Virus record (IMG/VR): IMGVR_UViG_3300002855_000234
Location: 1-58,317 of that record
DNA from: a virus
Lineage: Duplodnaviria; Caudoviricetes
DNA length: 58,317 nt
Direction: 5' to 3' (one strand)
In this document: positions 17,808-27,143 of the stretch, piece by piece
How positions within the stretch are numbered: position 1 is the first letter of the stretch
How the letters are laid out: every line of letters begins with the position of its first letter
Position numbers and translations under genes: made by a program
Notes under the pieces: generated by a model
Told to the model about the DNA's origin: nothing
The model's database searches: none
The model's input: only the letters and a program-made list of their open reading frames with translations

Positions 17808-18403
17808 GCAACATCGACAAACAGGTGCTGACAGACGAAGCAATCAGCAAGGCCTTTGCTGGTACAAATTTTGGCAGAGATGACTTTAAAAACATTCTGG
17901 CCGAAACGGTTATTGATGCCGCTGCGGGTTGGCGTTGCGGCTACACAGCAACAACTATCTGTACTCAGCTTGGACTTTTGACACCGAAAGGTTGCGCGTC
18001 CGCACTTGGGTTGAGGTTTATCAGTGAGCACGTTCAGCGCGAAACCAAGCGCCTGAAGGATGAGCTGGATGCCAAAGACAAGCGGATTGCTGAGTTGGAG
18101 AGCGACAACGCTTACTTCAAAAACCGCCACAAAGAACTGGACCTGTTAATTGGCAAAAACATTCTGGTAATGCAGGCCGCAATCATCGAATGGCAGGGAA
18201 CTGGCGACGCCAGAAAAGGGCTGGCATGGATTTATAACACGCTGTTTGGGCCCGGCGAACTGCCGGACGAGGCGGAGAAAGATGCCCAGGCATACTTCGA
18301 CCGGAAATATGGCCCGCTTGACGAAGAACTCATGGCTCTTCATCGGTGGTTCTGGGAACAAAGCGAAGCAGAACGCGCCGCTGGCATCGGTAAAGGAGAG
18401 TGA
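17804..18403 (+). CDS. Ead/Ea22-like mosaic protein
   Basis: MSNIDKQ.L start; DELDAKDKRIAELE. Confidence 0.75.
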   Translation: MSNIDKQVLTDEAISKAFAGTNFGRDDFKNILAETVIDAAAGWRCGYTATTICTQLGLLTPKGCASALGLRFISEHVQRETKRLKDELDAKDKRIAELESDNAYFKNRHKELDLLIGKNILVMQAAIIEWQGTGDARKGLAWIYNTLFGPGELPDEAEKDAQAYFDRKYGPLDEELMALHRWFWEQSEAERAAGIGKGE

Positions 18404-18405
18404 GC

Positions 18406-18771
18406 ATGGCGCTGACAAAAAAACAGCGCGCAGAGTTGCGCATGAAGTTCGGCGGCCGCTGTGCGTACTGTGGTTGCGAACTTCCCGAAAAAGGCTGGCA
18501 TGCCGACCATGTTAAACCGGTGATTCGTTTTAATGGTCAGATGCTTCACCAGGAGCACGACGAAATTTCAAATCTGGTTCCTGCCTGCCATCCGTGCAAC
18601 CTGCATAAGCACTGCAGTAGCCTTGAGGATTACCGTCGCATTATTGATGACGGTCGCAGAGAGTTCCTGCGTTCAGGTAAGGGAAAGGCCTTGGTGCGTA
18701 TGGGGCTGGTTGAGATGAAGCCGGACCCGGTTCTGTTCTGGTTCGAACATACTGGACGGTCTAACCCATGA
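18406..18771 (+). CDS. HNH endonuclease
   Basis: CAYCG, ADHVKP, NLVPACHPCNLHK. Confidence 0.9.
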   Translation: MALTKKQRAELRMKFGGRCAYCGCELPEKGWHADHVKPVIRFNGQMLHQEHDEISNLVPACHPCNLHKHCSSLEDYRRIIDDGRREFLRSGKGKALVRMGLVEMKPDPVLFWFEHTGRSNP

Positions 18772-18844
18772 GCCACATCACTAATACAACCTTAAAGCTG
18801 TTATCGACAAATACAGCTTACAAGCTGTTAACGGAGCGTGCGGA

Positions 18845-19705
18845 ATGAGCACTATTACCAAAGAACAGGCACAAAAAATTATTGAAGCAGCCGATGAAGT
18901 TATTACCGCGCTGGACGGAACACACGATGATATTCATCCTGAAAGCGACAACATGCTCCGTCTGTGGGATGACCTGAATGACCGTTATGCACCGCCGGAA
19001 GTTGTACGGGAGCTGGCGCGTATCGCGCTGGCATCGCTCGAGGCGGAGCCAGTGGCGTACATCGCTGAATGTGGGACTATCGTTTCCGATGCGGACCCAT
19101 TTTTTGACGATTATAACAATCCGCAACCGCTCTATCGCCACGCGCAGCCAGCGCTGGCAGCGATAAAAGACAATCAGATTCGTGAGCTGGTGAACGAGCT
19201 GCGTGATATCGCAGTCGAGTATCACGGGACTCAGCAGCTTCGCGAACGCATTGCTCGAACCGTCCGCGCCGCCATGCTTCAGGGTGCCGAACAACCACAA
19301 AGCTCACAACAAAATATTCCGGAAAATATTCCAGGCGGTTTGCTGGAAGCCGTTAACAGCCTGCTTAATCATGATGGCTCTCGCGGCTGTTACAGCGCTA
19401 TGGAGTGCGGAGCAGCCAGGGAGAAAATAGAACTGTGGCTGGCTCAGCGCCAAAAGTGGGAGGCACAGAGAGCTGCGAACCTTTCCACTGGCAACTCTCC
19501 GGCGATTCCGGATGGTTGGGTGGCTTGCAGTGAGCGGATGCCGAATGATGGGCAGGAGGTAATCGTTCAAACACATTCAGGATGGAGATACGTATCGTTT
19601 TACGATGCTCATTCGCGATTGTTTTACGATGGCCCAGAAGGGGATGTCGAATATATTCTCGTAACTCACTGGATGCCATTGGCTGCAGCACCGCAGCAGG
19701 AGTGA
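18845..19705 (+). CDS. Eaa/DUF551-domain mosaic protein
   Basis: ELARIALASLEAEPVA, WVACSERMP, VTHWMPL. Confidence 0.85.
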   Translation: MSTITKEQAQKIIEAADEVITALDGTHDDIHPESDNMLRLWDDLNDRYAPPEVVRELARIALASLEAEPVAYIAECGTIVSDADPFFDDYNNPQPLYRHAQPALAAIKDNQIRELVNELRDIAVEYHGTQQLRERIARTVRAAMLQGAEQPQSSQQNIPENIPGGLLEAVNSLLNHDGSRGCYSAMECGAAREKIELWLAQRQKWEAQRAANLSTGNSPAIPDGWVACSERMPNDGQEVIVQTHSGWRYVSFYDAHSRLFYDGPEGDVEYILVTHWMPLAAAPQQE

Positions 19706-19741
19706 TATATAATCCCTCTCAAAGCATTGAGGGGGTTTTCT

Positions 19742-19999
19742 ATGTCAGACTGGAACATCGCAGCAAAATCGAAAGAAGAGCAGGACAAGGTTAATGTTGA
19801 TCTGGCCGCCAGCGGCGTTGCGTACAAAGAGCGCCTGAACATGCCGGTTATCGCTGAGCAGGTAGCACGAGAGCAGCCAGAACATCTACGCGAGTATTTT
19901 ATGGAGCGAGTACGTTACTACCGTGAGCAAAGCCTGAAGCTACCTAAATCATCCGATCCTCGCTACACCGAAATGGCGGAGCAGAACGCCAAAAAGTAG
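19742..19999 (+). CDS. hot: DNA polymerase III theta homolog (Hot/HolE-like)
   Basis: [25 protein letters not shown]. Confidence 0.92.
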   Translation: MSDWNIAAKSKEEQDKVNVDLAASGVAYKERLNMPVIAEQVAREQPEHLREYFMERVRYYREQSLKLPKSSDPRYTEMAEQNAKK

Positions 20000-20001
20000 T
20001 T

Positions 20002-20093
20002 TTGATTTTCTGTTATCAAGCAGCCATAATTAAATCGCAGTCGGCCTGAACACCCGATTGCGACTTCTGCGCATTTAAGGGGACTTAAATGCG
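20002..20093 (+). promoter_or_regulatory. Internal promoter with two-hairpin leader
   Basis: TTGATT-17-CATAAT; hairpins at 20035-20063 and 20070-20093. Confidence 0.7.
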
Positions 20094-20187
20094 ACCACAA
20101 TTTGAAACTCTTCACCTGTCACAGATGCTTAGCGGCACCTGCGATTTTCTGCATTCTGCGTTTGGCCTCTCAGGAGGTGAAGCGTGA
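20089..20187 (+). CDS. 32-aa leader peptide coupled to the ninB-like gene
   Basis: AAGGGG RBS; MRPQFETLHLSQMLSGTCDFLHSAFGLSGGEA; GTGA overlap. Confidence 0.5.
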   Translation: MRPQFETLHLSQMLSGTCDFLHSAFGLSGGEA

Positions 20188-20621
20188 GCATCAAATTCTA
20201 CCTTCGCGACGAGCAGGTGCGTCGCAATCTCATCGATTACATCAACAAACAGCCTGTCAGCGCTGATTTCCCGCTGGTGATCACTCTTTCTGATCCTAAA
20301 CGAACCCTTCCTCAGAACTCTCTGTTCCATGCCCTGTGTGGCGACTTCGCTAAATACCGCATCCAGTGGGCTGGTTCTGTGTGGTCACTCCCGTCGTGGA
20401 AAGCAATTCTGGTGTCCGGCCATTCGATTGCCACTGGCGGACAGGGGAAGGTTATTGCCGGGCTTGAGGGGGAGTTGGTGGCAATTCGCGAAAGCACCTC
20501 ATCAATGGGCATTAAGCGGATGAACAGCCTCATCGAGTACACCCAGGCATTTGCAGTCAGTCAAAACATCCAGCTTCGCGACGTCCGTTATCAGGGCGAT
20601 TTCTTTGGGAGAATGTCATGA
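20184..20621 (+). CDS. ninB: NinB/Orf-family recombination protein
   Basis: KRTLPQNSLFHA, WK, RESTSSM. Confidence 0.85.
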   Translation: MSIKFYLRDEQVRRNLIDYINKQPVSADFPLVITLSDPKRTLPQNSLFHALCGDFAKYRIQWAGSVWSLPSWKAILVSGHSIATGGQGKVIAGLEGELVAIRESTSSMGIKRMNSLIEYTQAFAVSQNIQLRDVRYQGDFFGRMS

Positions 20622-21340
20622 GCAATCTGATCACCTCAAACACCATCACCATGTCCAGCATTGATATTGCCGAGTTGGTTGGAAGCAGGCCGGACAATGT
20701 GAAAGTCTCTATAGAGCGCCTTGCAGAGCGCGGCGTAATACGGTTTCCTGCAATGCAGGATTTCGAAAAAATCAATAACTTAGGTCTTGTTGTAAAGGTA
20801 AGTGCTTATGTTTTTGAGGGTGAGCTAGGCAAGCGTGACAGTATCGTTGTAGTCGCTCAGCTTTCTCCAGAATTTACCGCCCGTCTCGTAGATCGCTGGC
20901 GTGAACTGGAGGAGTCCGCTTTAAGTATCCCCAAAACGCTACCGGAAGCTCTCCGCCTTGCCGCCGATCTGGCTGAACAGAAACAACAACTGGAAAATCA
21001 GCTTGCTCTCGCAGCGCCTAAAGTTGAGTTCGCCGATCGCGTCGGTGAATCCGAAGGCATCCTCATTGGCAACTACGCCAAAGTAGTAAAGCTCGGACAA
21101 AACAAATTGTTCGCCTGGCTTCGTGACAACGGAATCCTGATCGCCAGCGGTTCACGCCGAAACGTTCCTAAGCAGGAATATATGGATCGTGGCTATTTCA
21201 CTGTGAAAGAAACCGCAGTTAATACCAACCACGGCATTCACATCTCCTTCACGACAAAACTCACCGGGAAAGGCCAGCAATGGCTAACCCGGAAACTGGT
21301 AGATCATGGTCTGCTTAAGGCGCTGGGGGATGCTGCATGA
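20618..21340 (+). CDS. Rha/KilAC antirepressor (Roi-like)
   Basis: MSSIDIAELVG, AQLSPEFTARLVDRW, PEALRLAADL, APKVEF, TGKGQQWL. Confidence 0.9.
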   Translation: MSNLITSNTITMSSIDIAELVGSRPDNVKVSIERLAERGVIRFPAMQDFEKINNLGLVVKVSAYVFEGELGKRDSIVVVAQLSPEFTARLVDRWRELEESALSIPKTLPEALRLAADLAEQKQQLENQLALAAPKVEFADRVGESEGILIGNYAKVVKLGQNKLFAWLRDNGILIASGSRRNVPKQEYMDRGYFTVKETAVNTNHGIHISFTTKLTGKGQQWLTRKLVDHGLLKALGDAA

Positions 21341-21621
21341 GGTCTGTTTACCGAAGTAAAAAATGGCTAGCCGCAGTAGGCCAGATTGAGCAATGCGTCC
21401 TGTGTGGTGCATGGGGCGTGCAGGTGGCACACCGCAACGAGGGTAAGGGTACCGGAATGAAAACAGACGACTGCGCCACCGCTGCTATCTGCGTCACCTG
21501 TCATTCAGAGATCGATAACGGAAAGGGTTTGAGCCGTGACGAACGCCGTCAGTTAATGGATCGCGCCATTGTACTTACCGTTATCCAGATTGCCCGTCGT
21601 GGCCTGGTGGTACCCGCATGA
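21337..21621 (+). CDS. Zinc-binding putative nuclease (DUF968/DUF1364-like)
   Basis: CVLCG, AHRN.GKG.GMK.DD, CVTCH. Confidence 0.75.
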   Translation: MRSVYRSKKWLAAVGQIEQCVLCGAWGVQVAHRNEGKGTGMKTDDCATAAICVTCHSEIDNGKGLSRDERRQLMDRAIVLTVIQIARRGLVVPA

Positions 21622-21977
21622 AAATCTACGACATCACACCAATCGGCAAGCCTCGCATGACCCGCGCGGATAAGTGGAAGCAGCGACCACCTGTAATGCG
21701 TTATCGCGCTTTTTGCGATGAGGTCCGCCTGCGCAAGCTGACCATGCCTGAATCCGGATCACATGTGACATTCGTCCTACCAATGCCGCCAAGCTGGAGC
21801 AAGAAGAAACGAGCGGAGTTCGCCGGGAAGCCCCACCAGGCAAAGCCAGACTGCGACAACATGCTGAAGGCCTTGATGGATGCGCTTTATGAGGATGATG
21901 CTCACATCTGGGATTGCCGCATCACAAAGGTCTGGGGAGAGAAGGGGAAGATCATCATCGGGGAGTGTGCGCCGTGA
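21618..21977 (+). CDS. rusA: RusA Holliday junction resolvase
   Basis: KPDCDNMLKALMDAL..DDAHI. Confidence 0.92.
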   Translation: MKIYDITPIGKPRMTRADKWKQRPPVMRYRAFCDEVRLRKLTMPESGSHVTFVLPMPPSWSKKKRAEFAGKPHQAKPDCDNMLKALMDALYEDDAHIWDCRITKVWGEKGKIIIGECAP

Positions 21978-22087
21978 CCAGAGACGAGATAACCCGATAC
22001 CAGGCAGAAAGCGTCAAGCGCGCCTACCTGCCGCCAGTAGCAAAGCACAGCCAGCAAACCAACCAGCCACAGAAGGAAGCCGCATGA
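21974..22087 (+). CDS. 37-aa hypothetical peptide
   Basis: GTGA/ATGA overlaps between rusA and Q; read manually. Confidence 0.5.
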   Translation: MTRDEITRYQAESVKRAYLPPVAKHSQQTNQPQKEAA

Positions 22088-22776
22088 TGAATACTCAATA
22101 CCTGCAGTACGTGCGTGAGCAGCTCATTGTGGCAACCGCAGACCTGAGCGGGGCGACAAAGGGACAACTGGTAGCCTTCGCAGAGAACGCGATGTTCGAG
22201 GCGACACCACGCAGCCGCGGCCGCAAGAAAATTGCCGATCCGGTAACCGGCCGTATGGTTAACCCTGATGGCCCCGCAATGAATGGCAGCCAGTCACGCG
22301 CTAAAGGGTCACACATCCCATTGGTTAATCACGTTGAGTTCTGCACCGCGTCATGGCGGCGGGCACTTATGTCACTCGAAGAGCACCAGAAGGCTTGGCT
22401 ACTTTGGAACTACAGCGAGAACATCCGCTTTGAATACCAGGTGTCGATCACCCAGTGGGCGTGGGAAGAGTTCCGGGAACAGCTCGGCACGAAGAAAGTG
22501 GCCGGCAAGACGATGGAGCGCATGAAGAAGCTTATCTGGCTGGCGGCGCAGGACGTCAAAGCGGAACTGGCGGGGCGGGAGACGTACGAATATCAGGAGC
22601 TGGCGGAGCTGGCGGGCGTAGCGAAGTCCACCTGGACGGAAACGTATCTGCCTCACTGGCTGACTATGCGGACCACCTTTAAGCGGCTCGATAGCGGTGC
22701 GCTTATTTCAGTAACGCGATCACGTTCACAACAAAAGGCGACAAATTTAGATTTAAGTCTTGCAAAACCGAACTGA
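22084..22776 (+). CDS. Q: Late antiterminator Q (phage 82-like)
   Basis: ATADLSGATKGQL, SWRRA, LIWLAAQD; position before pR'. Confidence 0.9.
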   Translation: MMNTQYLQYVREQLIVATADLSGATKGQLVAFAENAMFEATPRSRGRKKIADPVTGRMVNPDGPAMNGSQSRAKGSHIPLVNHVEFCTASWRRALMSLEEHQKAWLLWNYSENIRFEYQVSITQWAWEEFREQLGTKKVAGKTMERMKKLIWLAAQDVKAELAGRETYEYQELAELAGVAKSTWTETYLPHWLTMRTTFKRLDSGALISVTRSRSQQKATNLDLSLAKPN

Positions 22777-22788
22777 AACGCATATATT
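22760..22788 (+). promoter_or_regulatory. Late promoter pR'
   Basis: TTGCAA-17-TATATT at the end of Q. Confidence 0.7.
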
Positions 22789-22837
22789 TCATGTAAATCT
22801 GATATCGTCGCCATAGCTTTGATTGTCGACTGAACAT

Positions 22838-22871
22838 GAAAACCTCGCCATCGTGCGGGGTTTTGTCGTTT
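22838..22871 (+). terminator. tR'-like terminator
   Basis: AAAACCTCGC-CATCGT-GCGGGGTTTT. Confidence 0.7.
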
Positions 22872-22882
22872 CTGGAGCCAGA

Positions 22883-23209
22883 ATGTCCGAGAAAATCACA
22901 GAGCAATTGGTCTTCCGTCCTGCCAGTGAAAAGCTGACAAAGGATCTGGATGGTGAGAGGGTGATTCTGCTCAACCCATGCGATGGCTGGCATATTGCCC
23001 ATGTGTTAGCCTTGGAAGAAGATGGCGAGGTCTACCATGTCGGCGCATATCAATTTGCAGGTGGCGAATTCGAGCCGCACGAATTTTATGTTGCCTGGGC
23101 GCTGCTTCCTGATTCGATAAAGTTGTCTGACCGATTTGAAGACCAGCGCCTGACGCCTGAAATCCGAGAGGCGCGCTTTCGTGAATGGTTAGCCAAAACC
23201 AGTAAGTGA
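22883..23209 (+). CDS. Hypothetical protein between Q and lysis genes
   Basis: GGAG RBS; 108 aa. Confidence 0.7.
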   Translation: MSEKITEQLVFRPASEKLTKDLDGERVILLNPCDGWHIAHVLALEEDGEVYHVGAYQFAGGEFEPHEFYVAWALLPDSIKLSDRFEDQRLTPEIREARFREWLAKTSK

Positions 23210-23222
23210 TTTATTGCCATAT

Positions 23223-23298
23223 TTGCCTGTAGCTCAGAGGAAAGAGCAACCGCCTTCTAAGCGGTTGGTCGCTGGTTCGAATCCAGCCAGGCGAGCCA
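23223..23298 (+). tRNA. Phage tRNA-Arg (anticodon UCU)
   Basis: Acceptor TTGCCTG/CAGGCGA, D arm GCTC/GAGC, ACCGC-CTTCTAA-GCGGT, GCTGG-TTCGAAT-CCAGC, G-CCA. Confidence 0.92.
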
Positions 23299-23352
23299 AA
23301 CCCAGCCAGGGTATTTACGGCCAGAGAGCCGACATTGCCTTACCCTCATCTT

Positions 23353-23375
23353 CCCGGCCTGTCGCCGGGTTTTTT
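23353..23375 (+). terminator. Terminator after tRNA
   Basis: CCCGGC-CTGTC-GCCGGG-TTTTTT. Confidence 0.75.
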
Positions 23376-23486
23376 ATTCCAGGCCCCGGGAACCATCATC
23401 GACACGCCTACTTGTTAAATCGTCCCGAGGGCCTGACCCCTTTCAAACAAACACAGCGCCATCCGTCATTAACGGAGGTGAGGCCT

Positions 23487-23810
23487 ATGAAAATGCCATA
23501 CAAACAAGATTTCATCGCTGCGCTACTTGCCGCCAAGGAGCAGGGTATTGGTGCAATGCTGGCTTTTATCATGGCGTACCTGCGTGGTCGCTATAACGGA
23601 GGTGCGGTAACAAAAACGCTAATTGATGCGCTGATGTGCGCGATGATTGCCTGGTTCGTTCGTGACCTTCTGGACTTTATCGGCCTGAGCAGCAACCTCG
23701 CCTACATAGCCAGCGTCTTTATTGGGTACATCGGCACCGATTCGATCGGTAATCTGATTAAGAAATTCGCAGCCAAAAAGGCAGGAGTTGACGATGCAAA
23801 CCAGTCCTGA
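23487..23810 (+). CDS. S: Lambda S-type holin with dual start (107/105 aa)
   Basis: Met-Lys-Met start; three TM segments; KKAGVDD tail. Confidence 0.95.
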   Translation: MKMPYKQDFIAALLAAKEQGIGAMLAFIMAYLRGRYNGGAVTKTLIDALMCAMIAWFVRDLLDFIGLSSNLAYIASVFIGYIGTDSIGNLIKKFAAKKAGVDDANQS

Positions 23811-24243
23811 AGGCATTGCGCTGATAAAAAAATTCGAAGGCTGCCGGCTGACTGCCTATCCAGATCCGGGAACAGGCGGCGCTCCGTGGACGATTGGTTA
23901 TGGATGGACTCACCCGGTAGACGGCAAGCCAGTAAAGCCCGGAATGACCATCGATCAGGCAACAGCTGACAGGTTACTTAAAACGGGGCTGGTGAGCTAT
24001 GAAAAAGATGTGCTGAAGGTGGTTAGAGTGAAACTGACGCAAGGCCAGTTTGATGCACTGGTATCGTTCGCTTACAACGTTGGCTCGCGTGCGCTTTCAA
24101 CATCCACGCTGCTGAAGAAGCTAAATGCTGGCGACATCAAAGGCGCTGCAGACGAGTTCCTGCGCTGGAATAAAGCTGGTGGCAAAGTACTGAATGGGCT
24201 GACCCGTCGGCGTGAGGCGGAGCGCGCTCTGTTCCTGTCGTGA
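23794..24243 (+). CDS. Endolysin, GH24 lysozyme
   Basis: [11 protein letters not shown]...WTIGYG, FDALVSF.YNVG, GLTRRR. Confidence 0.95.
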   Translation: MQTSPEGIALIKKFEGCRLTAYPDPGTGGAPWTIGYGWTHPVDGKPVKPGMTIDQATADRLLKTGLVSYEKDVLKVVRVKLTQGQFDALVSFAYNVGSRALSTSTLLKKLNAGDIKGAADEFLRWNKAGGKVLNGLTRRREAERALFLS

Positions 24244-24713
24244 TTGGCGCACTGGTTAAGCGTTACTGGCTACAACTGAGTGTGGTGGCGTTAATCGGAG
24301 TGCTGGCGTTCTTTGTGAACCACTACCGCGACAACGCCATCACCTACAAAGACCAGCGCGATAAAGCCACCAAGAAACTCAGCCTGGCGAACGCCACCAT
24401 CAAAGACATGACTACCCGCCAGCGTGATGTCGCTGCACTGGATGCCAGATACACGAAGGAACTAGCCGATGCGAAAAAGACCATTAGCGATTTGCGTCGG
24501 GATGTCGATTCTGGCGCTAAACGGCTGCGCATCGCCGCAACCTGCCCTGGAGTGCCAAAAGCCACCTCCACCACCGGCGTGGATGATGCAGGAGCCCCCG
24601 AACTTACTCCAGACGCTCGACGGAATTATTTCGATCACCGGGACGGAATCGCAACCGCTGACAAAATGATTCGCGGCATGCAGGAATATATCAACACGCA
24701 GTGTCTAAAATGA
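24240..24713 (+). CDS. Rz: i-spanin Rz
   Basis: N-terminal TM, coiled coil, [15 protein letters not shown]. Confidence 0.93.
   Translation: MIGALVKRYWLQLSVVALIGVLAFFVNHYRDNAITYKDQRDKATKKLSLANATIKDMTTRQRDVAALDARYTKELADAKKTISDLRRDVDSGAKRLRIAATCPGVPKATSTTGVDDAGAPELTPDARRNYFDHRDGIATADKMIRGMQEYINTQCLK
24469..24669 (+). CDS. Rz1: o-spanin Rz1 lipoprotein embedded in Rz
   Basis: Lipobox LNGC; PPPPPAWMM; +1 frame within Rz. Confidence 0.9.
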   Translation: MRKRPLAICVGMSILALNGCASPQPALECQKPPPPPAWMMQEPPNLLQTLDGIISITGTESQPLTK

Positions 24714-24724
24714 ATTCCCCCGAC

Positions 24725-25031
24725 AAGGAATCAGATTGTGTAACCCCGCAGGAGGTGATCACATCTTGACAGGCCGGAACAGACGGAAGTGGCATAGCAA
24801 CATCGTGAGATGGTGGCGACCGCTGCGACAAGAATGCCCATAGCGCCGATTCGTCGCAGTCTCCATGCCAGAACTATGACCGCAGCCTCCCTGAGGAGGA
24901 TTCTCCCTGCGCGAGTGGGCGTGGTTATTCAAAAACGGGTCACGCCGGGTTTTCCTCGCGATGGTAACGCGAGCTTTTACCTTCATAGCGGCCAGCCGGA
25001 GCCGTGGCGGGCGAATCTGGTTACTTACCTT
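24725..25031 (+). ncRNA. Candidate large structured RNA between Rz and terS
   Basis: Closing helix 24729-24737/25014-25022 enclosing at least eight nested helices, two with GNRA loops; no credible ORF. Confidence 0.6.
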
Positions 25032-25052
25032 TTCTTCAAACAGGATTAACTC

Positions 25053-25652
25053 ATGGCAAAACCGGACTGGGAGGCCATCGAAACGGCGTACCGGGCCGGA
25101 GTGATGTCCCTCCGAGAAATAGCATCACAACACGGTATCAGCGAAGGCGCTATCCGTAAGCGTGCCAAGCGTGACGACTGGTCTCGCGATCTTAATGCGA
25201 AAGTAAAAGAACGCGCTGACGATCTGGTACGCAAAGCAGAGGTACGCAAGCAGGTACGCAGTGAACAGGCTTTGTCTGAGCGCGTACTTATAGAGGCGAC
25301 GGCTGAGGTCATTGCCAGTGTTCGCATGGAGCATCGTGGCGATATTCGCAGGGCCAGGGAGATAACCAACGCGCTCTTTGATGAATTGGGCGCCGAGTGC
25401 GCAGACGTCGAATCACTGCGTAAATTGGGTGAGCTAATGCTCTCTCCTGATGATAATGGCCGCGATAAACTCAACGAAATTTACCAGTCGATAATCAGCC
25501 TCCCTGAGCGCGTTAAAGCGGTAAAAGCGCTGAGCGAATCCCTTAAAAACATAATAGGGCTTGAGCGTCAGGCGTATGACATTGGCGGGCCGGCTGGTGA
25601 CGATGACACGAAGAAACTTTCTGACCTGATGGATGAGCTAGCAAAGGGGTAA
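25053..25652 (+). CDS. terS: Terminase small subunit
   Basis: PDWEAIETAYRAG..SLREIA..HGISEGAIRKRAKR HTH; upstream of terL. Confidence 0.88.
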   Translation: MAKPDWEAIETAYRAGVMSLREIASQHGISEGAIRKRAKRDDWSRDLNAKVKERADDLVRKAEVRKQVRSEQALSERVLIEATAEVIASVRMEHRGDIRRAREITNALFDELGAECADVESLRKLGELMLSPDDNGRDKLNEIYQSIISLPERVKAVKALSESLKNIIGLERQAYDIGGPAGDDDTKKLSDLMDELAKG

Positions 25653-25654
25653 CG

Positions 25655-27139
25655 ATGAAGCCGGAACATCTCGCACTGCTGCGTGACAAGCTCTGGCGTC
25701 TGAACAATCTCTACTGGATCACCAACAAAGAAGGTAAGCCGGTTCGGTTCAAAATGACGCCGGAGCAATTGGAATACTTCGAGGGGATGCATACTCGTAA
25801 CATCATCCTCAAGGCGCGTCAGCTTGGATTTACCACTGAGGTCTGCATTATCCAGCTCGACGCGGCATTGTTTGAGGCTGCCCGTTGCGCACTTATCGCA
25901 CACACGCTCAATGACGCAAAACGCCTGTTCAGGGAGAAGATTAAGTATGCCTATGACCGACTGCCTGACGAAATTAAGGCGGCCAATCCTGCGAGCAATG
26001 ATGCGGCTGGCGAACTGGTATTTCAGAAGGGTGGCTCGCTTTATATCAGCACATCTTTCCGTGGCGGCACGCTCCGCTATCTCCACGTTTCGGAGTTCGG
26101 AAAGATATGCGCCAAGTTTCCCGATAAAGCCCGCGAGATTGTCACCGGTGCTTTTGAGGCTGTTTCGTCTGACTGTTTCACGACGATTGAGAGCACAGCG
26201 GAAGGTCGGGCGGGTTATTTCTTCGATTACTGCCAGTCAGCTGAAAAAGCGCAGATACAAGGAAAAACCATCTCTCAGTTAGACTGGAAATTTTTCTTTT
26301 TTTCGTGGTGGAAGAATCCCCTTTATGCAATTGATCCGGTCGAGCCACTTCCGCAACGGCTGGTTGATTATTTTGCTGAGCTTGAATCAAAGCACAGCAT
26401 AGCGCTGAACGATCGCCAGAAAGCATGGTATTACGCCAAAGAGAAAACTCTCGGCGACGACATGAAGCGGGAATATCCGTCGATACCAGATGAAGCATTC
26501 CAGCAGTCGGTCGAGGGCGCGTACTACGCTAAACAGTTCCGCTGGCTATACACCAACAAGCGGATCGGCCAAATCCCGGATAACTCGCACCTCCCGGTGC
26601 ACACGTTCTGGGATATCGGTGTTGGCGACTCCACTGCTATCTGGTTTGTTCGCGAGGTTGGCACGGAGTATCACGTTATCGACTACTACGAGAACTCTGG
26701 CGAGGGGCTGAGACACTACATGAAGGTGCTGAAAGACCGGGGATATATCTACGGCGAGCACTGGGGGCCGCACGATATTGACAATCGCGAGTTTGGCAGT
26801 GATGCCAAGTCACGCCGCGAACTGGCGCGCGAAGGTTATGAAATTGACGGGCAGAAATATTCACTCCGATTTCAGGTGGTGCCAAAGGAATCTATCGATA
26901 CTGGTATTGAGTCCGCGCGTGAAATTCTCAAGAAGTGCGCTTTTGATGAAGTGAAGTGCGCCGAGGGGCTAAATGCGCTGGAAAACTACCGCAAGGAGTG
27001 GGACGACAAGCGCGGCTGCTGGAAAGATAAACCGCTTCACGACTGGACATCCCACGGTGCAGACGCATTCCGTTACTTCGCTGTGACGAAAAATAATCGA
27101 CGTAAACCGACTGGTAAAGTCACTCAACTTCGGATCTAA
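25655..27139 (+). CDS. terL: Terminase large subunit
   Basis: LKARQLGFTT, HVSEFG, ESTAEG, WDIGVGDST, SHGADAFRY. Confidence 0.96.
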   Translation: MKPEHLALLRDKLWRLNNLYWITNKEGKPVRFKMTPEQLEYFEGMHTRNIILKARQLGFTTEVCIIQLDAALFEAARCALIAHTLNDAKRLFREKIKYAYDRLPDEIKAANPASNDAAGELVFQKGGSLYISTSFRGGTLRYLHVSEFGKICAKFPDKAREIVTGAFEAVSSDCFTTIESTAEGRAGYFFDYCQSAEKAQIQGKTISQLDWKFFFFSWWKNPLYAIDPVEPLPQRLVDYFAELESKHSIALNDRQKAWYYAKEKTLGDDMKREYPSIPDEAFQQSVEGAYYAKQFRWLYTNKRIGQIPDNSHLPVHTFWDIGVGDSTAIWFVREVGTEYHVIDYYENSGEGLRHYMKVLKDRGYIYGEHWGPHDIDNREFGSDAKSRRELAREGYEIDGQKYSLRFQVVPKESIDTGIESAREILKKCAFDEVKCAEGLNALENYRKEWDDKRGCWKDKPLHDWTSHGADAFRYFAVTKNNRRKPTGKVTQLRI

Positions 27140-27143
27140 TCCC

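Noticed and set aside
21880-22083. N-terminal extensions of Q and of holin (23214 start) in the ORF track
   Set aside because: They overlap rusA or the tRNA and terminator; true starts are likely 22084/22087 and 23487
24766-24795. TTGACA as an internal promoter
   Set aside because: No -10 hexamer at a workable spacing
24810-25049. 79-aa ORF (and the antisense 75-aa ORF) between Rz and terS
   Set aside because: No RBS or recognisable protein features; dense base pairing explains the region better, though coding is not formally excluded
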